Part shown: positions 35,889-47,348 of the stretch, one piece after another
Position numbering within the stretch: the stretch's first letter is position 1
Layout: every line of letters starts with the position of its first letter
Assembly (NCBI GenBank): GCA_001643675.2
Contig: LSRY02000015.1
Location: forward strand, 868,001-932,000
Direction of reading: 5' to 3'
DNA from: Monocercomonoides exilis PA203
Taxonomy: Eukaryota; Protista; Preaxostyla
Length of the DNA stretch: 64,000 bases
Translations under genes and position numbers: made by a program
Notes under the pieces: generated by a model
What the model saw: only the letters and a program-made list of their open reading frames with translations
Database searches by the model: none
What the model was told of the DNA's origin: nothing

Positions 35889-36984
35889 TGCCAGAATAAA
35901 AAATGCAACAATTAGAGAATTGATAATACTATTTTTGATCTTATCAAATATATTATTTGTGATAAGTTTTCATTAATTGGTTTCATTTGAAAACATTATC
36001 AAAAATAAATTGACAATAATAGTGTGATAATTAAGATCGATTATTTTTCAACATTTTTATTGTTTCATATAAAAATTAACAATTTTTTTGAAAGACAGAT
36101 AAATAATACCTTCATTTTCATCAAATATCAACTCCTTTCATTTTGGCATTCGTAAGTGACAAAAAATAAAGAAAATAATAAAAATAATTAAAAATAAAAT
36201 CAGAAATTAAAATATTAAAAAGAATTGTTTGAAACACATCGATTATTTATTTCCTCACGAACCTTGTAATTCCCAACATTCTTCATCAAGAATTCTCAAA
36301 TTGTAGTAAACACGAACTTTCAAGCTTTTTTTTCATAAAGAAAAAAAAAATGTGTTCACTCATAACATTATTAAACATTTTCAGATTTCAAAATAAATAA
36401 GTTTTTATTTTCTGCAAATAGCCATCATAAATGTTATTGCAAAAAGTTTAGTGAAATTTCATATTTGGAAAAAATGAGCCCATTTTATTCATATTTTTTT
36501 TTTTTTTTTTGATCACTAAAAGAGAAAAAAAGTGAATAATTTTTCAACGAAAAAGTCTTTTATTCGATATTTTTCCCCAAATTAATTATTATTAATATGG
36601 GTGATTTTTTTTGATATCATAAAAAATTCCGACGTTTGATCAAAAATAAATATAATTAAGGGTGGGGTTGATAAGAAAAAATTTCGAAAAATTATGTGAA
36701 AATACGGCTGAAAATATTATTATTAATTGTTTGTAGCTTTTTATTTGATTTTAATTGTTTTTATTACAAATTTTGAAAAAAACATAAAAAAGCATTTGAA
36801 AAATTTGAAAATTTGATAAACAAAACATAACTTAAGTTTTCTGGTTTAAAAAAACATGATCACAACAATCACAATAACGATATAAATCAATATCTTAAGT
36901 TAAAAACAGAAAAATAATATTATTGAAAAAATATAGAATAAGATAAGTTGAAATCGATAAATATAAAATAAAAACATTCAATTA

Positions 36985-37620
36985 TCAGCGTTTCATCATC
37001 TGTTTCGCAAATCGTCCTTTCCAGAAGTCATTTCTCCATCAAATTCATCGATTTATTGCTCTCCTGAAAAATGCAATGTTCACCTTTTCTTTCAAATTTT
37101 TATTTCTCAATTCAATGAATCCTTTTTTACACCAGAAAATATCATCTACAATTTCCTTCCCAATCACTTCACCCTGGGTGCTTTCCATATGAATTCTCTC
37201 TATCAATTCTATGTTCAGCCGGCATAACGAGATATCCTGCTTTCATTCATTTTCATTCTTTTCCGCCTCCTGCCCTGAAAACAACACAAAAACATTCAAC
37301 AGGTTAATATTCATATAAAGAAAAATAAAATAATACCAAACTGCCCTTCGACTGTTTTTTGCCAAACAGCTTCATCTTCACAGCCATCATCATTCACAAA
37401 ACCAATCTCATCATTTCAGTCTCGGAATTGTCAAATTGCAACGTTGCATCCCTCTTTGCAAAATACATTGTATATCTCACTGGAGGGTCTTTTCAGCCCG
37501 TTCACATTGTGGTAAATGTGCAGATGTGTTTTTTCTGTTTTTGGCATGATCTTCTCCTTTTATAATATTCTCAAATACCCAAATCAATATTTGAGGTTTA
37601 TTTCGTCAGCTCCCATCACA
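36985..37620 (-). pseudogene. Decayed, apparently intron-containing gene fragment inside the GGG element
   Basis: Coding-like minus-strand blocks with stops, separated by AT-rich GTTTG..CAG-type intervening segments (about 37275-37340 and 37065-37130). Confidence 0.35.
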
Positions 37621-38203
37621 GGAGGGATAAGGCGCAGAGAAGAGATAGAAGAGGATTATATGCGGGAGGGTGTGGGAGTTGAGTATTTTATGGAATATTA
37701 ATGTTTCGAGAGGGGCTTTTGAATGAAAGAAATTTGGAGACAAAAAGGTGGGGAAGAGCAAGTGGAGATTTTGAGAAGATAATATAGTAAATATATAGAG
37801 AAGTTGCTGAGAATGATGAAAGAGGACTGATTGTTGATGGGAGAAATGGATTTTGAAAAGAAAGAAAAGAGGGCAAAAGTGTGCAAGAAGAAGAATATTC
37901 TGAAGTGTTTATATGAAAAGGGGGAAACTTTTATGAGAGAAGAAGATTATTTGGAAGAGAATGGGAAAGATGAAGAAAAGGAGGGGATTGATATTTTTTG
38001 ATGATTTTGAGAGCTGAGTGGAAGAGGAAAATGGAAAGGAGTGGAAATTGAGAGATTTCTTCGTTTTTTATTGTTGAAGGGAAAGGAGGGGAAATCGCAA
38101 AAAGAAAGTCAATAAACTGAGGATGTCATTTTTCATCAATTAATTTCTGTCAGACTGCCACAAATATTGCGATTACGATTGTGTTGCCATATATGAAGTC
38201 AAC

Positions 38204-40930
38204 TCATTGAATAAAATATTTGGTCCAATCAACGACATTATACAAATGATTCTCAACATCATAAATATCGTCGACTGATTTCACATTTCTTAACCTTTTT
38301 TTCTTTTTTTTTTCTTCTTCTTCCTCCTCTTCTTCACCTTCTTCCTTTTCCTCTTCTTCTTCCTTTTTTTCACCTTCTTCGCCTTCTTCGCCTTCTTCTT
38401 CTTCTTCTTCTTCTTCTTCTTCTTCTTCTTCTTCTTCTTCACCTTCTTCTTCTTCTTCACCTTCTACTTCTCCCTCTTCGCTTTCTTCTGCTTCAACATC
38501 GTAATCAATAGCAGAGACAGTTAAATTCTTCGAGAAAGAAAAAATTAAAAAACTTGTCATTTTCATCTTTCTCTTCATCAGAACAGTCAGAAGTGAATTC
38601 TTCACAAGAAAGAGCCAAAAAAGCAGAAATCGACGAATTCATCGAACACTTCATAAGAAAACATGCTCCGCGTCTGCCTCTTCCTGTGACCCTTCCGCCA
38701 CAAGAAGCTACCCTTCAGAATCCGTCTTATGTGCCTCGAAGACAAAGACAGAGAAAAAGCAATCAAAATTCAACACAAGCCATTTTGACACATACAATTG
38801 CTGGTGTTGGCACAGGAACAGGAACATCTCCTTCTTCATTGCCGAATGAATCTTTTCTTTCTCTTCCTCAATCATCTCCTTCACCGTCTCCTTCATCTTC
38901 CTCTTCCTCCTCTTCATCTTCATCTTCCTCATCTTCTCCAGCAGTAACTGACCTCTCTCTCCATCCAAAACCACCTCATCGTTCTGAGATTGTGATGGAG
39001 CGACGCATAAGAGCGATGCATCCTCTCCTCCGCAGACGCTATCTCAACCGCTGTGCACAAGTTGAAGCAGCCCCAAGGTCATTGCCGTCTTCACTATTTG
39101 CTTCTTCCTCGTTGTGTTGATTTTTTCGCAACTTATTCCTGACATAAGAAGAGCAGCAGATAAAGAGAATGATGCAACAGCAGAAAAAGAAGGAAAATAC
39201 AATATTTTGTTCCATAGCCGGGTATATTTGATGCGCTGCCACTGTTTGCATAATTTCGGATGGTGGAGCGGTATGCGAAGAATCTGGAGAAAAGGAAGAA
39301 GCTGAAGGCGATGAAGATGACTGAAAAGACGAGGATCAAGAAGTGATTTTGGAGGATTCAACAAACAACCGCAAAGCAGTTGATTGAAAAACAAAGATAA
39401 TCAAACGGAAGCAGAAAAGAATACAAACACCAAAGAATCAATAAGAAACGGCAGAAAAGACGAAATACATACCAATGAGCCAAAACAGATCCACTTTCAT
39501 CACGAGCACTACAAAAACAACATCAAAAGCAGCAACAAATTCCTCTCCTTCACCATTTTTCTTCTTAACAGCCTAAACAATAAATTTCAGGAAGAGGAAA
39601 CTTTGGAACGATACACTTTACACGAGGGAAGCGAATGGACGGAGGATGGTGAGGAGTCGGAGGGAGAGCATTGATTGCGTACAGTCAAGAGATGGAGATG
39701 GGAAGAGGAGCTGTTGGTGCATCAACAAAACAGCTATCACCTGCTGTTGGAGGAGGTGGAGTGGGAGGAGGAGGAGGAATGGTGACATTGGGCGTAATGG
39801 GGATGAAGAATTTCAACAGAGAAGTGACAAGGGCGATGCAAGATGAGTTTCAGAACGAGAAAGGGAAAGTGGAAGATGAAGAAGCAAAGATCATGTTCAG
39901 TTCATTGGAATCTGATGATCAGAGAGATAAACTGCTTCGGCTGATGAAACTGCAGGAGAAGCAAAAGAAGAAGAATGAGAAAGAAGAGCGAGAGCGTAGG
40001 AAAATGGAGAAAATGGCGAAGAAGATAGAGGAAAAAGATAAAAATCTGTTTAGCAGCATCCAAGGAATACTACAACCACACCTTGAGACAGGCACACAGA
40101 TCAACCAGAAAGAAAACAAAATGGCAAGCGAGGCGCCACAAGAGGCGAAAGAAAGCCAAACGCCATTTTTTAACAGGAGAGCGGAAATTGGACTGCATGC
40201 TAAATGATTTAGATAATTCTGACTTTGACGATTTGAGCGATGAATTGGATGTGCCCTGCTGTTATGTTCGCATCAAAAGCGAGGAAAACGGGCAATTTGT
40301 GTGGAAGTTACAGGAAGTGTCTGTGTATGCAGCAGTTGAAGCGATGCAGATAAGAACGCTGCTGGATCTGATGAGTGCGCTGAAGAGCAGACAAAAGCTA
40401 AGCCGGGCGGAACTGCGAAGAGGAAGCAGAAGAAACACACAGAAAGGGAAGGAAATGAGCAGGGAAAGGATCACCTTTGATGTTTCAGAAGGAGAAAGGG
40501 ATGAGAACATTCAGTCAGAGCAGTGTACCTGGAAGAAGAGATGCTCTGTCAAAACTGTTTTCTTCGCTGTCGTTCTCAAAGTTGGCTTCTTTCTTCACTT
40601 CGCAGAATTCAATGGTGATGAACCTGATGCAGAAATGTCCTTCACTCAATTTGGAAGCGCCTTTTGATTCAACTGCAGAATTTGACGCAAATTCAAACAT
40701 TGCTCTTCATCCTCTTTCTCATTGTACTTCTTCGCTTGTCAATTCGTCCATGTTTATGAACATTCACCAACAATCTTCTCCTTCTCTCAGAACATCTTTA
40801 TCTCTCTTCCTTTTATCTCAAGCTGTTCATCCATCTGCTTCTAATCCTGCTGCTCCTGGCTCACTTTCTCCACTTTCACTGCCCGCTCTATCTTCGTCTC
40901 TTTCTCTTTCATTTAACTACCGTTAAATTC
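38204..40930. pseudogene. Cluster of unrelated decayed coding fragments (poly-Glu tract, Ser/Pro-rich ORF 38554-39120, coiled-coil ORF 39671-40207, 40083-40667)
   Basis: Abutting protein-like ORFs without proper starts, and a (TCT)n microsatellite at ~38395-38460. Confidence 0.4.
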
Positions 40931-41649
40931 CGCTCCAGGCCTTGTCTTTCATTCACATTCAGAAGCACAGATAATTATTTATTCTTTCATGGAATTTCAA
41001 CCAACCTAACACGGCAATGAAATGGGTAATTTTTATCCAGAGTTACCGATCAGAAGACATTCATTAAAGGAAGAAGATTGAATCTGCCTTTTTTAATTTG
41101 GAAGCTGAAAGAATTCACCAAAAACATAAAGAACAGGACAAGATAGGATTTTTAGGGTGAATTGGTTCCAAAATAGCCTCCGACAGATTTCACAGCCACG
41201 AACAAACAGCGAATTGCAGGAAATAAAAGGATGAGGGAAATTGATTCAGAGGAAAAGGCTTAAGTGAAGAGAAATTATATGAGGTTCTAGTGCTAATCGG
41301 ATACGAATCGATTGAAATCGGAAAGCTGAGGAAATAAATGTTTTTGAAGAACTTTCTGATATGACCGAAGAAATGAAAACGATAATTACTGTTTTTCAAC
41401 GAACGTAATTTTCTTTGGATGAAGAAGCCAAATCAAATGGAAAATGACGAAGAAATAATATTATCTGTGCTGATTTAGGGATCGATGAAAGGCAAGTGAT
41501 GGTATACACTCATGTTGAAAAGAAGATGGCAGCTCATGAATATGAAATGAAATGAAAAATTATCAGAATTTGAAGATGAAACGATTGAGGAAAGTTTGAT
41601 ATAAAAATGATGAAAATGGAAGGAATTCTGATGAAAACAGAAAAAAATA

Positions 41650-41965
41650 CATCTTTTCCAGTGATTTTTGTGATAATCGCATTGAATGTGAGAGAGCTTG
41701 TTGGGGTGAAAGTGGAGACGAGAAGAAAGAGGGAGGGATCGCTGAAGGGGGCAATGCATCCGAGAGCATCCTCCACGGTGGCGCATGGGCTTTGTTGCGT
41801 TTGACCACAGGCATCGACATCACTTCCACCATTTGCAACGACTTTATTCTGGGCGATGAGGGGGAGCAAGCCATTGAACTCCACTTTTTTAATTATCCAC
41901 GATTTCGTTGAACGGTTGATGAAGCAATTGAACCTAATTAAAGGAATGGAGATTTGTTGGCTATT
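41650..41965 (-). pseudogene. Fragment of a beta-helix surface-protein family gene (same family as 28485-35888)
   Basis: KVVANGGSDVDACGQTQQSPCATVEDAL matches the V...G.D...CG....PC.T module repeated in the giant receptor. Confidence 0.6.
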
Positions 41966-42599
41966 CAAAGAAAAGAATAAAAAAGGAAATTAACTGATTT
42001 TGATCAATTTTTTCGATAATTTTGTTTTCTTATCTTCTTTTCTGTTCTTCTTTTTAATTTTTTCTTGGCAATATTTTGTTTTTCCAGTTTTGATATTTCT
42101 GTTGACCTTTTAATGATAGATTTTTCATTTTTTTTTTTGAAACTTGATCAAAAAAGACTTTTTGACCTGAAGCATAAAAAAGGTTTGTCTTTTTGGAGGA
42201 AAAATTAAAAATACATATAACAGAAATAAAAGCTAAATACGATCAAAAAATCAATTTTCCTCTTTGATCAATGAATACCACAATAGATCTTATTTTACCA
42301 ATTTTTGATCTTTTTATATGATATCAAAAAAAATCACCCATATTTTTAAAAAATCTAAGTATTTTATCAAAAGTGCCTGTTGAAAAATTTTCATGAAAAA
42401 ATGAAAATTGAATATTTACATCAAAATTACGTGCATACTCACCAAACATCACAAGAATAGAAACGAAAACTTGGCAATGTTGTTTGTTTTATTCTGTTGA
42501 ATTTTGGTGAGTTGAAATGAAAATATGAAGAAAATATTCAATTTTCATCTTTACCCGAAAATAAGAATGAAAGTACTTTTCAAAAATGAAAAATGAATA

Positions 42600-43050
42600 C
42601 AGTCAAAACTGGATATAATCACGTCGAATATAATCACATTCGTAAATTGTTACATTTTTCGATGCAAAGACATTTTTTGATAGTTTTTCATTCATATTTC
42701 ATCGCATATAATCACTGCGCTGAAAATATATAATCACATTTTTTATTATTATGTGTGATTTTTTCAATGAAAAATCGATTTTTTGATCGAAAATATTAAT
42801 TTTTCGCTTTTTCAAAAATGAGCTCAAATAAGTCTAAATTATGTGTATTTATGATCAAAATTGTTCAAGCAAGTGAAAAAAGTGTATTTGTGTTGAATTT
42901 CCAAAAATAAAAAAATTGACTCAAAATAAACTATTTAAAAAAATTAATTTTTATTTTCTTTTGTGAAAAGCATCATCGTGTGTAATCACAATCGGATATA
43001 GTCTCAAAAAGTTGAACAAAAACCGATGTGATTATATCCGGTTTGGACTG
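42600..43050 (+). mobile_element. Tc1/mariner-superfamily (pogo/Tigger-like) MITE, 451 bp
   Basis: 27-bp TIRs CAGTCAAAACTGGATATAATCACGTCG / CGATGTGATTATATCCGGTTTGGACTG (24/27 identical), TA on both flanks (42598-42599, 43051-43052), subterminal ATATAATCAC repeats. Confidence 0.92.
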
Positions 43051-44049
43051 TAATTGGTTTTATTTGGCGAGTAAGAATATTATCTTTCGATATTTAAATG
43101 CAGAAATTATTCTTTTATAAGTTGATTTGAGATTTTCTTTTTTCATGTTGAAAATGTTAAAAATCAAAAGAAAATAAAATAAAGCCTTTTTTAAATCCTG
43201 TTTTGCAAAAAATCCATCAAATTATATCTCTTTGCAAATTAGATAAATAAAACCTTTTTCAGGTAAGAATTTGCGCGTTGTGGAGAAATTTGATGAATAT
43301 ATGGGGCAAAATTTTTTCAATTATGAAAAAAACAAAGATTTATTCAAAAAATTTTCTCCAACCTAATCATTATTGTTCTTTCATTCCCATGCAAAAAAAA
43401 AAAAAAAAAATACAGAAAAATTCAAAAATTGAGAAAAATATTTGTTAGAGAAGAATGGAACAAAATTCATAAAGCAAAATATTTCGATCCATATTGCAAA
43501 AATTGATCAAATAATGACCATTTTCATTCATCCTATATATCAAACACTTTGCGACTTTTCAATAAGAATAACCCATCAGAATAAATTTCGTCATCATGAA
43601 AGAAAGCAGGTGACGAGTTTTTATTGAAAAATGAATAGTCAGACATTAAGAAGAAAAATTCATATAAAAATTATCCGATATGTGTGAATATTTTTGAAAT
43701 CATAACTTTTTTTAGGATAATAACTTTTCAAGGGTTGTTTATCATTTAGAAGTGATTTTGAAATCAAATGCTCACTTGGTCACAACTGTTTAAAAAACAA
43801 AAGTTTAAAAGGAATTTAAGATTAAAATGTCTTTAATGAGCCTTTTCACAATTCAGTATTCATTTTGAAATGTTGAAGAGAAAATTTTGAATTGAAAATT
43901 TTTGAAAGAAAATATATGGTTTCTAAATTAATCACAAATATCAAAGATGATGAATTTTCGGTCATTGTGCAATATACGACGGGCTTGGATATTCCATGAA
44001 AAGGTATATTGAGATATCATTGAAACACATATACTTTTTATTACGCATA

Positions 44050-45240
44050 ATTTAATGCAGAAGCTCACAAAAAAATTGAAAATGAAATTAGGAAACACAA
44101 ATGTGTTTTGTGGGAATGATCAAATTTTTTGATCAACACATTTTCAAAATAACAATTGTTTTCAATGGAAATGGAAGATCATGAAATGAAAATACATGAT
44201 CTGAACAAGATGTGCCACAGCACTGATGACACATGGGATTGGTTTCAAAGGGATGTTTTGGATGGAAGATTCAAAGAGTGCAGACAATGAAGAAAAAGAA
44301 TGTCATTATAAAAAAAAAATCCTAACTCAATAAAATGGAAATGTTAACAATGCAACAATACATTAAGTTTGCTTTCAGGTTTATCCATTGAAAATCAAAA
44401 AGAAGGATTAAACAAAATCATGTTTATCTTGTAATTCAAAGGAATAAAATTTTCAATAACACAAACTTTTCTTCTTCTTGGAATTCACAGAAACACTATC
44501 AGTTTTTGTCATTCTTTGGCTGCAGCTTCCATGTCCAAAATTATAGTTAATTCCTTTGAACCTCTTTGTGGTCTGAATTCCATCGTAGGAATTGACGATG
44601 TAATTTTGCACAAAAGGAAATTTCACAAAGGACGTTTGGAAAAGTAAATTTGGTTATTTGGAGCAGTTCAAAGAAATCCTGAAGGAAAACAAGGAAAATT
44701 TTTCCTTATTCGTGTTCCAAACAGGAAAAAAAACACTCTAATACCTATCATCAAACCCAATAATTTGCCTGGAACGACAATTAATTGCGACGAATGGAAA
44801 GCTTATGCATCTCTGGAAGAGATATGGAATACACATAAAACAATTTGACATAAGTGTAACTTTCGAGATCCAGAAAGCAAAATAATGATGAATATGATAT
44901 AAGGAATTTGGATTCAGTTACACAGGGATATTTCAAAAAATAATATATGGGAAAATTTATTGACGATTATATATCCTCATTTGTTTTTGGCAAAACACGA
45001 GAGCTATCATTTGTGGGAACTATCAAAGCCATTTGCAGATACAAACCAGAAGAACTTATTGAAGAAGATGAGGAAGACAATGAAGAAAATGATGACGAAG
45101 AAGACGTTCTTATCATGTTGACTGAAGATGAAGCAACATCTGATGATTCTTTCGAAGAAAGTGACGGGACTGAACATTCTGAATATGAGTCAGAATCAAC
45201 AAAATACAATTTCTTTCATTCATCATTATTAATTCGTATT
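44050..45240 (+). pseudogene. Merlin (IS1595/ISXO2-like) transposase pseudogene
   Basis: From 44561: LCGLNSIVGIDDVILHKRKFHKGRLEK*IWLFGAVQR..FFLIRVPNRKKNTLIPIIK..LPGTTINCDEWKAYASL..HKTI*HKCNFRDPE..NMI*GIW. This is the Merlin DDE pattern with three stops (the catalytic Glu position reads TAA) and a frameshift; 5' boundary approximate. Confidence 0.88.
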
Positions 45241-45947
45241 ATTCGTTTCTTAATAAATACTGAAAAACTAAATTTTTTATCTTTTTCTTTAGGCAAATGG
45301 GATTTTGATCGTTTTTTTGTAATAAAAAATCTTCACGTTTCCGCAAGGAATCTGAAATAAATATTGCACGAGAATGATATAATATGTCATGTGCTAATAT
45401 TATTTGATAGAATTTCAAAAAGTCGAATATAATGCAATTACCGAAATTATATTAATAAGAGAAAAATCGCATGTTTGTTAACTATTGATAACAATCTTGG
45501 TTCAATTTCTCATCATTTTCATGAATTATAACATGACGAAATATTTTAATCACTATCTGACATTCAGCCAAAAACGAAAATTTCACTAAAAGATTTTTCA
45601 ATTTTTATTTTTTATTTTTATTTAATATTTATTTATTTATTTATTCATTTATTTATTTATTTATTTATTTTTTTGCAAAGAACTCAATTCGATAAATATG
45701 AAATAACAATTGATTCAAATTTGAAAATCAAATAGTGTATTCTGCAGGTTTTTCGACAATCAATGAATTCTTCATTTATTTTGACAGTTTGAATTCGATC
45801 TTCTGTTGAAAATTCTCAATTTCACTATTATTTTAATTCTATATATTTTATTTCTTTCAATGTGGAAACAAAAATTCTCTTTAAACAAATTTCATGATTT
45901 CCATGGGTCGGTTATGGCAATTGATCAATATTTTGGTTGTTTAAACA

Positions 45948-46489
45948 ATGAGTATTGTTGTTTCAGAAATTTGTCCATCTTGGACCACATTCTTTGGATT
46001 CATGGGAGCTGCTTCTTCATTAATTTTTGCAAACTTTGGATCGTGCTATGGCACAGCTAAAGCTGGAGTTGGTGTTTGCGTGATGGGTGTAATGCATCCT
46101 CAGCTCATTGTCAAATCAACAATTCCAACAATTATGGCAGGTATGCGTTATATAAAGATGCTTTTCTCGTATTTCATGATTTCTTTTTGAAAGGTATTCT
46201 TGGTATTTACGGTTTGATTGTGGCAATTATTATTGGAATGGGTATTACAAACGAGTACCCACTTTACAACTCATTTGCTCATCTTGCTGGAGGGCTTTGC
46301 GTTGGATTCAGTTCTCTTGCTGCAGGGATCACTATCGGTATTGTTGGTGATGCAGGAGTTAGAGCAAATGCAAGACAGCCAAAATTGTTTGTTGGGATGC
46401 TTTTGATTCTTATTTTCGGAGAAGCTCTTGCATTGTATGGTGTCATCGTTGGGCTTATTCTTGCAACCAAAGGATCATCAAGTTTGTAA
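45948..46489 (+). CDS. VMA3: V-type H+-ATPase proteolipid subunit c (162 aa); join(45948..46140,46194..46489)
   Basis: [40 protein letters not shown]|[43 protein letters not shown]; 53-nt GTATG..AAG intron restores the frame; proton-binding Glu conserved. Confidence 0.97.
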
Positions 46490-47348
46490 TTTAAATGTTT
46501 ATCTTTAAATCTTTGTTTGATACTTTTATTTTTATTTAGATAAATGCACTGTAGGAGCCCCGACAAGCTAAAAATAATAAGTTTTCTGAAGCAGTTTTAG
46601 TTTATTATTTGAAGAATGATTATTTACCATACCTTCTCTTTTATTAAAATAGCTATTTGCACATCAATCTTTTGCACATTTGAAGCTTGACTGAAAAATA
46701 ACCTAAATTATATATATCAGTGAATAGAAAAACAAAACAAACCAAAGCAAAATAGTGTAGAAAATATTATATTGACGGTTTACTGTTTTGCTATTTCAAT
46801 GTGTAAAGAGAAGTTACTTGTTTGTTCAAACAACACCAAGTAAATGCAAACTAAAATTCGAGAAAGAATCAACATACAGCTTAACCCTGGAACCTCATAG
46901 GATAAAAGTTGCATAAAAAGTAATGATAAACACAGAAAAGAATCACCACCATAATTCATTCAAAGAATTTTTTCTAAAAATTTGTAAAAAAATCATTCAT
47001 CCAAATAAAAAGAAAAAGAAAAAGTCAATGCAACTTGTATAAAAATTACTGATTAAGTGAAAAGTTGAACAGTAAACAGTCAATATTATAAACATATAAA
47101 GTATGCCAGAATGAAAAACGCAAATCGATCAAAGGGGATATTGCATTCAATTTATTAAATAAAAAAGAATCATAGAAACAACTTAAATATTGAAAATTAC
47201 ACAAAAAATGAAATACCAAATCTTATTTCATTTAAAACGAACAAATTTCAAATACTCAAGAATGACTTTTTCTTTCGTTTTTTCTCATTCAGTTAATACC
47301 TTTGTAAATATCTCCTTGCATAAATGAGTTTTTGAATAATACAACTTA

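Larger units (their letters stand above)
36599..42339 (+). mobile_element. Non-autonomous TIR element (GGG...CCC termini, 5741 bp) carrying host gene fragments
   Basis: Perfect 28-bp inverted match 36594-36621 / 42317-42344: TIR GGGTGATTTTTTTTGATATCATA flanked on both sides by ATAT (putative palindromic TSD, AT or ATAT). No transposase recognised inside. Confidence 0.7.

Noticed and set aside
26988-36892. Inverted ~290-bp repeats bracketing the giant receptor gene as if it were the cargo of one 10-kb transposon
   Set aside because: The repeat terminus (GGGTG..) faces the gene, and the 36599 copy has its own partner TIR at 42339. The receptor therefore lies outside, between two elements.
43560-45570. 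Terminal inverted repeats for the Merlin element
   Set aside because: Only weak inverted similarities (ATTTCGTCAT; TGAAT.GTCAGA) in inconsistent order and no 8-9 bp TSD.
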